Shown: positions 39,433-48,796 of the stretch, piece by piece
How the letters are laid out: every line of letters begins with the position of its first letter
Numbering within the stretch: the first letter of the stretch is position 1
Source of the DNA: an uncultured delta proteobacterium
Lineage (GTDB): Bacteria; Desulfobacterota; Binatia; Binatales; Binataceae
NCBI GenBank assembly: GCA_963717045.1
Contig: CAVQVD010000003.1
Coordinates: forward strand, 9,650-73,649
Direction of reading: 5' to 3'
Length of the DNA stretch: 64,000 bases
The notes under the pieces: generated by a model
What the model saw: only the letters and a program-made list of their open reading frames with translations
Database searches by the model: none
What the model was told of the DNA's origin: nothing
Program-made: the position numbers and the translations under genes

Positions 39433-41043
39433 CTATTCAGCGTGCGCAGCTATGCTCCGAATCTGGGCACGGATGCGCGCGCGCCAGAGCCCGAAAAACA
39501 TCGGCACCATCGCGAGCATCAATACCGCCAGAATGCGGTACAGGTCGTCGAACGACAAAATTGCGGCTTGCGACGTCACCATTCCGTACATTCTGCCGAG
39601 GCCCTGTTTCTGGCCCGTCACCAACTGCCCCATGAAATGAAACGGAGGACTGCCCGGCATAAGCAAGCCGCGCTGGCTCAGGCGCCAAGCGTCGAACACC
39701 GACAGATGTTCGACCAACCTCGACTGATGCACCTGCTCATAGTTTACCAGCATGTTGGTGAGATACGAGATACCCATCGCGGCTCCGGTGTTGCGCATCA
39801 GATTGAACAGGCTGGCCGCATCGCCCATCCGCTCGCGCGGCACGCCCGCAAAGCCTGCTGCCGCAAGAACCGGGAACAGCATCCCGAGGCCACCGCCGAG
39901 CACTACGTTGTCGAGAGCGATCACCTGCGTGCTGACATCGAGGCTCCACTGCGCCATCCACCACAGCCCCAGCGACGCGAGCAGAAAGCCCAGCCCGATC
40001 ATCGGACGCGTATCGACCCGCAGCCGTGCCAATTGCCCCACCGCGAACATCGATAACATCGCAGCCACCGCTCGCGGGACCATCAGCAATCCAGCCCGCC
40101 ACGCCGTGTAGCCCATCAGTTCCTGCAGAAAAATCGGCGTAAGCAACCCGGTGCCCCACAGGGTCGCACTCATCACCACCATCAGGAGAACCGTCAGCGA
40201 GAAGACCCGGTCCTTGAGGATCCGCAGATCGATGATCGGCTGCGGGAAGCGCAGTTCGTTGAACACCAGGGTCAGCAGCGCGAGCGCCGAGCACGCGGTC
40301 GCCATAACCACCCAGTTCGAGGCGAACCAGTCGGCGCGCTGGCCGCGATCAAGCACGATTTGCGCGAGTCCCAGGCCCACCACCAGGCACGCGATGCCGG
40401 TGTAGTCGACGCGCCCGCCGCTCGATCGGCGCTGGCGCAGGTAAGGCGGATCGTGCACGAACGCATACACCATCAGCAGCGCAATAATCCCGATGGGTAT
40501 GTTGATGTAGAAGTTCCAGCGCCAGTTCCAGTTGTCGGTGATCCATCCGCCCAGCGTCGGTCCGAGAATGGGCGCAATCATCAGGCCCACGCCCCACGTC
40601 GCCATCGCCATCTGCTGTTCTTCGGGCGCAAAGCTCTCCATCAAAATGGCTTGCGAGGACGGGATCATGGCCGCGCCCGCCGCGCCTTGCGCGAGGCGGA
40701 ACAGTACCATCTGCCCGAGCGAACCCGCCGCGCCGCAGGCCGCTGAGGCGGCCACGAAGGTCGCCACCGAGGTCATGAAATAGCGCTTGCGGCCGAAGCG
40801 CGAGGAAATCCATCCGGTCATCGGAATCATGATGCCGTTGGCGACCAGGTAGCTGGTAACCACCCAGGCGATTTCGTCGACGCTGGCCGAGAAGCTGCCC
40901 TGCATGTGTGGCAGGGAAACGTTGACGATCGAGGTGTCGAGCACCTCGACCGCGGTACCCAGCATCACTGCGAGCGCGATTAGCCACTTGTGCGCGGCGG
41001 CAGGACGCTCGTCAGCGGCGGGAAGCGGAGTTACGCTTGCCAC
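39433..41043 (-). CDS. DHA2 (EmrB/QacA) MFS efflux permease, copy 1
   Basis: Same motifs as the adjacent copy, with long near-identical stretches. GTG start. Confidence 0.94.
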   Translation of the reverse strand: MASVTPLPAADERPAAAHKWLIALAVMLGTAVEVLDTSIVNVSLPHMQGSFSASVDEIAWVVTSYLVANGIMIPMTGWISSRFGRKRYFMTSVATFVAASAACGAAGSLGQMVLFRLAQGAAGAAMIPSSQAILMESFAPEEQQMAMATWGVGLMIAPILGPTLGGWITDNWNWRWNFYINIPIGIIALLMVYAFVHDPPYLRQRRSSGGRVDYTGIACLVVGLGLAQIVLDRGQRADWFASNWVVMATACSALALLTLVFNELRFPQPIIDLRILKDRVFSLTVLLMVVMSATLWGTGLLTPIFLQELMGYTAWRAGLLMVPRAVAAMLSMFAVGQLARLRVDTRPMIGLGFLLASLGLWWMAQWSLDVSTQVIALDNVVLGGGLGMLFPVLAAAGFAGVPRERMGDAASLFNLMRNTGAAMGISYLTNMLVNYEQVHQSRLVEHLSVFDAWRLSQRGLLMPGSPPFHFMGQLVTGQKQGLGRMYGMVTSQAAILSFDDLYRILAVLMLAMVPMFFGLWRARIRAQIRSIAAHAE

Positions 41044-41300
41044 GCAACCCTACCCGGCCGCGAGCCACTTCACGATGGCCGCGTCATACGCAAGCGAGAT
41101 CGCGCCGCTGCTCGTCTCCCCCATTGACGGTCCACCCTCCCCTAGAGGGGCCACAACTATGCTCCAGCGCTCGCCGCTTGAAAAGGCGGCGGAGCGGATC
41201 GCGCACTTTGCATAATCTCGCATGCAAAGCCGCACCGGCTGTGAAGTGATGTGGCTCCGCGATGCTGACAATCGTTCGCGCACCGCATACCCTTTTTATT

Positions 41301-42881
41301 ATGCGTCTGGCCGCGATCGACGTCGGTTCGAATTCGGTGCACATGGTCATTGCGGACGTTCGGCGCGACGGGCATTTCGAGGTCATCGATCGCGTCAAGG
41401 AGATGGTGCGGCTGGGACGGAACATGTTCACCAGTGGCAAGCTCGCGCGCGAGCCGATGGACCTGGCAGTGCGCGCGCTCAAAAATTTCGCCCGCCTGGC
41501 CAAGGTCCGCCGAGTCGATCGAATTCGCGCAGTCGCTACCAGCGCCGTGCGCGAGGCGCAAAATCGCGAAGCCTTCATCGCACGCATCCGGCGCGAGACC
41601 GGCCTCAAAGTCGAAATCATTTCGGGCGCCGAAGAAGCGCAGTTTATTTTCAACGCCGCCCGCCACGCACTCGGACTCGAGGGTGGCCCCTACCTGCTGA
41701 TAGACATCGGCGGCGGAAGCGTCGAGCTGGTGCTGGTGCGCGACGGCGAGGCGCTATGGATGGCGAGTCTGCCGCTGGGCGTCGCGCGGCTCACCGAGCG
41801 CTTCCTCACTTCGGATCCGCCCGATCCGGCCGCCGTGCGCAGGCTCGAAGAACATCTGCAGCGCAAGCTCGACGCGCTGATGCGCAAGGCACGCCGCGCC
41901 GGCGTAGTGCGTGCGATCGGCACCTCGGGAACTATCAATGCTCTGGTCGCGATGGCGCGGGTGGCGCGCGACGGCGAGCAGGATCGGCTTCACGGCCTGA
42001 ACATCCCGGCGACCGACGTCACCTGGCTACGCAACCGCCTCCTCAAACTCTCCGCCGATGAGCGCGCCGAACTGCCCGGCGCGGATCCCAAGCGCGCCGA
42101 CCTGATGCCAGCCGCAGTCGTCCTGACAGACTTTATCCTGGAGCATGCGGGCGCCCCGGAGCTGGTCGCCTGCACCTGGGCGCTACGCGAGGGCATCCTG
42201 CTGAGCATGGTCAACGGGAGCGCGGGGAGCGCACGAGGGCGCGGCGCGATCGAGGCCCGTCGGCGCTCGGTCAGCGCACTGGCGCGGCGCTTCGGTGCGC
42301 TCAACGGACATGGCCCGCAGGTAGCGCGCCTGGCGCTCAAAATTTTCGACGCCGCGGCACCGGCGCTCAAAGCCGGACCGCAAGCGCGCGAGCTGCTCGA
42401 GCATGCCGCTCTGCTGCACGACATCGGCCGTGTCATCGACCACGATCGCCACAACCGTCATACCTACTATTTGGTCAAGAACGCCGAGTTGCTGGGTTTC
42501 GACCCGCTCGAGATCGAGATCATCGCGCAGGCGGCGCGCGGCCATCGCAAGCCCTCGGCCCGGCTCGACTCGCCGGAGTTTCGTGCGCTGAGTCCGGCAA
42601 AACGCCATTTGGTTCGTTCGATCGCGGCGATCTTGCGGCTCGCCGATGCGCTGGACCGCAGTCACTTCAGTGTGGTTAAAGATATACGTATCAGACGTTC
42701 TCCAGATCGTTTCACCATCACAGTCGATGCTGCCGGTGGACAGGCAGACCTTGAGTTATGGACTTGCGAGAGAAGATCGGACTTGCTGTCGAGGCTGCTG
42801 AGCCGTCAAGTAACGGTCAGGCGCCGGGCCACGCGGCCGACAGTCAGGCCGGGGCGGGCGCTGGCTCGGCTCGGACGTTAA
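41301..42881 (+). CDS. ppx: Exopolyphosphatase Ppx/GppA with C-terminal HD domain
   Basis: AIDVGSNS, ATSAVREA, ISGAEEA, DIGGGS, GTSGT, ALREG, LLHDIG, LRLADALD. Confidence 0.93.
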   Translation: MRLAAIDVGSNSVHMVIADVRRDGHFEVIDRVKEMVRLGRNMFTSGKLAREPMDLAVRALKNFARLAKVRRVDRIRAVATSAVREAQNREAFIARIRRETGLKVEIISGAEEAQFIFNAARHALGLEGGPYLLIDIGGGSVELVLVRDGEALWMASLPLGVARLTERFLTSDPPDPAAVRRLEEHLQRKLDALMRKARRAGVVRAIGTSGTINALVAMARVARDGEQDRLHGLNIPATDVTWLRNRLLKLSADERAELPGADPKRADLMPAAVVLTDFILEHAGAPELVACTWALREGILLSMVNGSAGSARGRGAIEARRRSVSALARRFGALNGHGPQVARLALKIFDAAAPALKAGPQARELLEHAALLHDIGRVIDHDRHNRHTYYLVKNAELLGFDPLEIEIIAQAARGHRKPSARLDSPEFRALSPAKRHLVRSIAAILRLADALDRSHFSVVKDIRIRRSPDRFTITVDAAGGQADLELWTCERRSDLLSRLLSRQVTVRRRATRPTVRPGRALARLGR

Positions 42882-43591
42882 AGGGCCATCGGCGCACCCT
42901 GCTAAGTTCGCCCCATCCGTATCCTGGCCGGCTGATAGCGGTCGAGGGGGTAGACGGTTCGGGCAAGTCCACGCAGGTGAAACTTCTGGAGCGCTGGCTG
43001 CGCGCGCGCGGCTACCCGGTGCACTTCACCGAGTGGAACTCTTCGCGCCTGGTGCGCAACTCGATGCGCCGCGGCAAACGGCGCAACCTGCTCACGCCGA
43101 GTACCTTCAGCCTGCTGCACGCGGTGGACTTTGCCGACCGGTTCATCTACCAGATTCTGCCGCCGCTGCGCGCCGGAATGATCGTGCTGGCTGATCGCTA
43201 CGTATACACCGCCTTCGCGCGCGATGTCGCTCGCGGCGTGGATCCTGACTGGGTGCGCGGAGTCTACCGCTTTGCGCCACGACCAGACCTCACATTTTTC
43301 TTTCGCGTCCCCATCGACGTCTCGCTCGAGCGTCTGCTGGCCGGCCGCGCCAAGCTAAAATATTACGAGGCCGGGATGGACCTGGGATTATCGACCGACC
43401 TCGCTGAGAGTTTCCGTCTTTTCCAGGGCCGCGTGCTGGAAATCTACGATCAGCTATCCCAGGAGTTCGGTCTGCGTGTCATCGACGCCAGCCATGACAT
43501 CGCCGGCCAGCAGAAAGTCGTGCGCCGGATGACCGGAGAAGTTCTGCGCGAATACGACCGTCAGCGCGCCAACAACCATCATGCCAACTGA
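42758..43591 (+). CDS. Thymidylate-kinase-fold P-loop protein 1 (intact GKST)
   Basis: IAVEGVDGSGKST and LADRY. The canonical Tmk REP motif is replaced by TEWNSS. The start overlaps ppx by 124 bp and is uncertain. Confidence 0.85.
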   Translation: MDLREKIGLAVEAAEPSSNGQAPGHAADSQAGAGAGSARTLKGHRRTLLSSPHPYPGRLIAVEGVDGSGKSTQVKLLERWLRARGYPVHFTEWNSSRLVRNSMRRGKRRNLLTPSTFSLLHAVDFADRFIYQILPPLRAGMIVLADRYVYTAFARDVARGVDPDWVRGVYRFAPRPDLTFFFRVPIDVSLERLLAGRAKLKYYEAGMDLGLSTDLAESFRLFQGRVLEIYDQLSQEFGLRVIDASHDIAGQQKVVRRMTGEVLREYDRQRANNHHAN

Positions 43592-44360
43592 GCCAGCACA
43601 CGCTAAGCGCTGGCACGGCCACGGCCTGCCCTACCTCGAAGAGAAGCCGCTGCCCGGCCATCTAATCGTGATCGAGGGGACGGACGGAGTGGGCCGCTCC
43701 ACCCAAATCGAACTGCTGCGCGGGTGGCTCGAGTTAGAAGGCTATGCGGTGAGCAACACCGGATGGACCCGCTCGCCGTTGCTCTCGGAAACCATCGCGG
43801 AGGCGAAGGCCGGTCACCAGCTCACCCCGATAACCTTCAGTTTGCTCTACGCGGCCGATTTTGCCGACCGGCTCGAACACGAAATTATCCCCGCGCTGCA
43901 AGCGGGCTTCGTGGTCATCGCGGACCGTTACATGTACACCGCGTTCGCGCGCAACGCCGTGATGGGCGCCGACCCAGAGTGGACTAACGAGGTGTTCGGG
44001 ATGGCGCTGGTGCCAGATTTGGTGTTGTACCTGGAAATCGATGTCGACACGCTGGTGCCGCGCGTAGTCCGCGGCAAAGGCATGGACTATTGGGAGTCGG
44101 GCCTGCATCTCGCGCTCTCCAGCGACATTTTCGACTCTTTCCAGAACTACCAGCGGCGCATCATCGCCGAATACAATCGCCTCGCTCACGAGTTCGGCTT
44201 CATAACCATTGACGCTCGCCAGTCGATCAACAAAATCCAGACCGAGCTGCGCGCTCATGTTGCCGAATATCTGCGGCGCTCGCAGCTTGGCTTCCAGGCC
44301 TCGGCAGACGACTCGCCCTCCCCATCTCCGCCGCCGTCTCCCCAAGCGCGCAAAAGTTAA
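43581..44360 (+). CDS. Thymidylate-kinase-fold P-loop protein 2 (Walker A Lys replaced by Arg, GRST)
   Basis: VIEGTDGVGRST and IADRY. Paralog of the upstream gene (shared TFSLL.A.DFADR and ADRY.YTAFAR). 11-bp overlap. Confidence 0.85.
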   Translation: MPTEPAHAKRWHGHGLPYLEEKPLPGHLIVIEGTDGVGRSTQIELLRGWLELEGYAVSNTGWTRSPLLSETIAEAKAGHQLTPITFSLLYAADFADRLEHEIIPALQAGFVVIADRYMYTAFARNAVMGADPEWTNEVFGMALVPDLVLYLEIDVDTLVPRVVRGKGMDYWESGLHLALSSDIFDSFQNYQRRIIAEYNRLAHEFGFITIDARQSINKIQTELRAHVAEYLRRSQLGFQASADDSPSPSPPPSPQARKS

Positions 44361-44406
44361 ACGCTGAGGTGTTCCAAGCGAAAAGCATAAAGCGAGGTCT
44401 TAGGTG

Positions 44407-45402
44407 ATGACCGCTGTCAGTCATTCAGCGCGAGCGCGCACCGCCGCGCCATCGTCGAGCGACCCCGCCATCAAAGCGGCCTCTGCGGCGATTCATGCCC
44501 AGTTGCGCGTGATGACCGCCGAGCACGCTAGCGCCGTGTCCGGTGACGTCGAAGCGATCCATCGGCTGCGCGTGTCAACGCGGCGCTTGCGCGCGGGCTT
44601 ACGAATGCTCAGGGAGGTCGAAGCGGGCGGCGACGACGCGGAAAACGTCACGGATGAACTGGGATGGCTCTGCCGCGCGATCGGTGCGGTGCGCGATCTC
44701 GATGTGCTAACGCAACTGCTCGAGGAACGGGCGGCGCACCTGGAAGCCGATTTCATCAGCGCGCTCACCTCGCTCTCGAACACCATTCGCCAGCAGCGCG
44801 CGGTCGAGCAGGAACGCCTTGTGGCGGCGCTCGAATCCGAGCAGTACCGCTGTCTCGTCCAACGCCTGGGCGCGGTCGCGCCCGAGCCCTCTGCCAACAG
44901 CGCTACGTTGGGGGCGGTGGCAGCGCGGATGGTGCGTCCGCAATTGCGCACGATGCTGCGTGCGGGCGCCGGACTCGACGAAGCCGCGCCGCCCGAGACT
45001 CTGCATCGTCTGCGTGTGCGCGTGAAAAAGGTGCGTTACACGCTCGAGGCGATGCGCGCGGTCGGCGGCAAACCGGCGTGCAGGATGCTGCGCCGTCTCG
45101 AGCGCGTGCAGGATAGCATCGGCATGTACCACGATTCAGCGACTGCGGCAGCGTGGCTGCGAGCATGGGCTGCCGAATCGCACGACACGCCGGCCGCGAA
45201 CATGATAGCAGTGGGCGCGCTGATCCATTCCTTCGAGCGCCGCACCCGGCGCTTGCGCGCGCGCAGCCTCAAGGCCTGGCGTCGCGCGCAGATGGAGCAA
45301 TTCGCCCGGGCCGTGCTGGACGAACTCAAGGATGCGGCCGCAAAGACGGGGCGCGCCGCCAAGCCACCGCTCGCCTTGGTCCCGATGGTCCGCGCGTCAT
45401 GA
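44407..45402 (+). CDS. CHAD-domain (polyphosphate-binding) protein
   Basis: IHRLRVSTRRLRA, IGAVRDLDV, LHRLRVRVKKVRY.LE, QDSIGMYHD. Confidence 0.92.
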   Translation: MTAVSHSARARTAAPSSSDPAIKAASAAIHAQLRVMTAEHASAVSGDVEAIHRLRVSTRRLRAGLRMLREVEAGGDDAENVTDELGWLCRAIGAVRDLDVLTQLLEERAAHLEADFISALTSLSNTIRQQRAVEQERLVAALESEQYRCLVQRLGAVAPEPSANSATLGAVAARMVRPQLRTMLRAGAGLDEAAPPETLHRLRVRVKKVRYTLEAMRAVGGKPACRMLRRLERVQDSIGMYHDSATAAAWLRAWAAESHDTPAANMIAVGALIHSFERRTRRLRARSLKAWRRAQMEQFARAVLDELKDAAAKTGRAAKPPLALVPMVRAS

Positions 45403-45902
45403 CGCTTTACATTGTGCGCCACGGAACGGCCGAGAACGAACCTCCGCCCGGCGGCGACGACGGCGCGCGCCGGCTGACCGCCCGCGGGCGCGAGAAAGTG
45501 CGCGAGGCAGCGGCTGGAATGCGAGCGTTGGGCCTCAAATTCGACGCCATTCTCGCGAGCCCACTGCCGCGCGCTGCCGAGACCGCAGAGCTGGTCGCCG
45601 CCACTTACGCCGGCGGTCCGACGCCCGAAGTCCTCGCCGCACTGTCGACCGGTGTGACGCCCGCCGAGACCATCGCGGCGCTCAAGCCTTACGAGCGCCA
45701 CGAGCATCTGATGATCGTCGGGCACGAGCCGGGGCTGAGCGGGATAGCCTCGTTGTTGCTGACCGGCTCGGCCAACAGCGTCAGCCTCGAGTTCAAGAAG
45801 TCGGGGATGATCGCGCTCGAATTGCACGACGGGCTTGCGCGCGGCGGCGCGCAACTGCTCTGGATGCTTACGCCACGTCACTTGCGCCGGCTGCGCAAGT
45901 AG
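45399..45902 (+). CDS. sixA: Phosphohistidine phosphatase SixA
   Basis: YIVRHG, RRLT..G, SPLPRA.ETA, VGHEP. ATGA-coupled to the CHAD gene. Confidence 0.92.
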   Translation: MTLYIVRHGTAENEPPPGGDDGARRLTARGREKVREAAAGMRALGLKFDAILASPLPRAAETAELVAATYAGGPTPEVLAALSTGVTPAETIAALKPYERHEHLMIVGHEPGLSGIASLLLTGSANSVSLEFKKSGMIALELHDGLARGGAQLLWMLTPRHLRRLRK

Positions 45903-45927
45903 CGGTTCCTTCGCGGGGCCGAAGCAA

Positions 45928-48768
45928 CTAACTATCTGAGTTGATATAGAATGTTTGAGGCGCGGGGCGATAAACGCGCGCGAGCCAGAGCGGCCGCCGA
46001 AGTCCGCCAGGACCCGGCGCCGCGCGTGTCATCTCGAGCCATCGCCGATACACCTCGTGCGACTTGCGGGTGTCGACAAAGATATCGCCGTAGCGATCCC
46101 GCGGCTCCGCTTTGGTTACCGTCACCTTTTGATGCCAGCAGTGCTGGCCGCTTATCGGGTCAGGTTGCACCGGAAAGATCAGGTTCTGATGTACTCCGGC
46201 GTCCTGCCACCAGATGCGGCTCGAATCCGGATCGGCGCTCTTAAATGGCAGCACGCCATGCACCTGGCGCATCATCCATGTGCCTTCTTCCTTATGGCTC
46301 AGCTCGACCACTCCGCTCGACCATCGCTCTCCGCCGCCGTCCTCGTTGAGGCGCCAGCGGCCGAGATGATGCGAGCAGGCGATCACACCTGGCCGAATCG
46401 ATTCGGTAACCCATACCTTGTCGATGAAATAGCCAATCTCGGTCGCGACCTTCAGCAGTCCGCCCGTGTCGACGCCGAAGCGTCGCGCATCCTGGGGATT
46501 CAGCCACAGAGGGTTGCGATTGGATATTTCGTATAGCCACTTGGCATTGCCGGAGCGCGTATGTACCAGCGTCGGGAGGCGGAAGGTCGGCAGCAGCAGC
46601 ATCTCACCACGTTCGCGATCGATATTGCTCCAGTGGACGTGGCTTCTGATGTAGGTTGGAACTGAGTACTCGGGCCATTTCCAGTCCTTGAGCGTCTTCG
46701 AATAGAACTCGAGCTTGCGCGAGGGCGTGGGAAAACCAGCGCAAACGCGGCCGTCGATTTCGACTCCGAGCGCAGCCCCGCCGCGCGTGACCACCTGGCT
46801 TGTCGGATCGATCGTGGCGTCCTTCAGATCGGCCGCCGGGATCGGTTTCTCATGAGCACGGTAGGAACCTTCGTCGATAAGGAAGGCACCGTACTTGCGC
46901 ATGTAGGCAAGCGGTGCGAGCCCCTCCCTCGCTGCCGCTGCAGGGAGGCCCGGAACACTGTTCTCGAAAATCCAGCGATAAAAATCCTCGACCGTTAGTT
47001 TTTCGCCCGCGCGATACGGCGACTCGAAGTACTTGCGGATGCCGAGCGCGCCGTCGGGATCGATTCTCCATGACAGCTCGATCCAGAACTCGTCCTCTTC
47101 CCAGACCTCGCCCAGACCGGCCTCGCGATGGGCTTCGTAAGTGAAGTTGAAGCGCTTGCCGGCGCGCTCCAGCGCGACGCGCGCGACCGGCTGCCGAAAG
47201 CCGATCCAGCGTGCGGCGTGAGTCTCCTGGCTCAGCAGGTCATGGCGCTCCGGCCCATGACCCATCGGCAATACGTAATCGGCGAATTGAGCGGTCTCGC
47301 TCCAGATCGGTGTCAGGCAGGCGTGACGCTCGATCTTGCTTTCGTCGGTTAGTGCCTCGATCCAGGTCATCCCGTCGGGATTGGTCCAGACGGGATTGTA
47401 GACGCGGGTGAAGTAGGCGCTTAATTTGCCGCGGCCCTCTTTCAGAAAATGCGGCAACAGGAAACTCATCTCGAAAAACGCGAGCGGGAACTCGCGCGGC
47501 CACATCAGCTCGTTCCACATTTTCGACGGTGGCGGCATCAGTGGCGGCGCCGGCACGAACTTATTGGCGGAGTTGGGAGCGGTACCGCCGGGCGCGTCGA
47601 CTGCGCCCATCAGCACGACCAGAAATTCAAGCGCGCGCGCCACTTGCCATCCGCCCAGGTTGCCCGCCGCCGCATTGCGCCAGACATGGGTCGCCAGCGC
47701 CGGCCCGGCTCGTCCTATCTCGCGCGCGACCTCGACGATCACCGTGGCCGATGCGCCCGACTCGCGCTCGGCAAACTCGGGCGTGTATTCCGCATAAACC
47801 TCGCCGAGGACTTCGACGAACGTGTCGAAGGTCTGCAGACGCTCCGGATGCTCCTCGCGCAGAAACTCCTCCCAGTTGACCCAGCGGCGCAAGAACTCGC
47901 GGTCGTACAACCGCTCGTGCAGGATCACGTGGCACATCGCCAGCAGCACCGCCGCCTCGCTGCCCGGCCAGGTCGAGAGCCACCAGTCGGCCTTGGTCGC
48001 GGTATTCGAGAGCCGCGTGTCGATTACGCAGACCCTGGCCCCGCGCTGCTTGGCCTCGATAATTCGTTGCGCGTGCGGATTGAAGTAATGGCCGGCCTCC
48101 AGGTGTGAGCTCAGCAGCAGGATGAATCTGGCGTTGGCGTGGTCGGGCGACGGCCGATCGGCGCCGTGCCAGAACGCGTAGCCGGTGCGTGCGCCAGCCG
48201 AGCATACGTTGGTGTGGCTATTGTGTCCGTCGATTCCCCAGGCGTGCAGAATGCGTTGATTGTAAATCAGCTCATGGCCGGGGCGACCGACGTGGTAGAG
48301 AATTTCGTTGCGACGCCCTTCGACCAGTGCGCGACGGATTCGTCCGGCGAGATCGTCGAGCGCCTCGTCCCAGGTCACGCGTTCCCATTTGCCCTCGCCA
48401 CGTCCTCCCGCACGGCGCATCGGATAGAGGATGCGCTCGGGATCGGTGACCTGGTTGATTGTAGCGGGCCCTTTGGCGCAGTTGCGGCCGCGGCTTCCCG
48501 GATGCATCGGGTTGCCTTCGAATTTGCGAATCGTGAAGTCGCGCTTGTCGACGTATCCTAGCAAGCCGCATCCGGCCTCGCAGTTGAAGCAGACGGTCGG
48601 GACCAGCGTGTAGTGCTTCTCGACCTTGCGCGGCCATGCGGCTGGGTCGTACTCGGCCCAGTCTTCCCATCGCTCGGCCGGCGGAAAAGCGCCGAGTCCG
48701 CCGACCGGCGCTTCGAGTTCGATCGCCGCCGGATTGAGCGGCCGCAAGTCGTCGTCTGCCGATGCCAT
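45928..48768 (-). CDS. Molybdo-bisPGD oxidoreductase catalytic subunit (Psr/Phs/Ttr-like DMSO reductase family), no Tat signal
   Basis: FS0 motif CFNCEAGC...NCAKG, ERILYPMRR, HTNVCS (likely Cys Mo ligand), SETAQFADYVLP, TPSRKLEF. Confidence 0.9.
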   Translation of the reverse strand: MASADDDLRPLNPAAIELEAPVGGLGAFPPAERWEDWAEYDPAAWPRKVEKHYTLVPTVCFNCEAGCGLLGYVDKRDFTIRKFEGNPMHPGSRGRNCAKGPATINQVTDPERILYPMRRAGGRGEGKWERVTWDEALDDLAGRIRRALVEGRRNEILYHVGRPGHELIYNQRILHAWGIDGHNSHTNVCSAGARTGYAFWHGADRPSPDHANARFILLLSSHLEAGHYFNPHAQRIIEAKQRGARVCVIDTRLSNTATKADWWLSTWPGSEAAVLLAMCHVILHERLYDREFLRRWVNWEEFLREEHPERLQTFDTFVEVLGEVYAEYTPEFAERESGASATVIVEVAREIGRAGPALATHVWRNAAAGNLGGWQVARALEFLVVLMGAVDAPGGTAPNSANKFVPAPPLMPPPSKMWNELMWPREFPLAFFEMSFLLPHFLKEGRGKLSAYFTRVYNPVWTNPDGMTWIEALTDESKIERHACLTPIWSETAQFADYVLPMGHGPERHDLLSQETHAARWIGFRQPVARVALERAGKRFNFTYEAHREAGLGEVWEEDEFWIELSWRIDPDGALGIRKYFESPYRAGEKLTVEDFYRWIFENSVPGLPAAAAREGLAPLAYMRKYGAFLIDEGSYRAHEKPIPAADLKDATIDPTSQVVTRGGAALGVEIDGRVCAGFPTPSRKLEFYSKTLKDWKWPEYSVPTYIRSHVHWSNIDRERGEMLLLPTFRLPTLVHTRSGNAKWLYEISNRNPLWLNPQDARRFGVDTGGLLKVATEIGYFIDKVWVTESIRPGVIACSHHLGRWRLNEDGGGERWSSGVVELSHKEEGTWMMRQVHGVLPFKSADPDSSRIWWQDAGVHQNLIFPVQPDPISGQHCWHQKVTVTKAEPRDRYGDIFVDTRKSHEVYRRWLEMTRAAPGPGGLRRPLWLARVYRPAPQTFYINSDS

Positions 48769-48796
48769 ATCCGATTCGTCTCGCCGCTTCGTGGAG

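Noticed and set aside
42758-42881. ppx-tmkA gene fusion hidden by an assembly error
   Set aside because: Joining the frames needs a missing base, opposite to the extra-base pattern at all other sites, and Ppx already appears complete.
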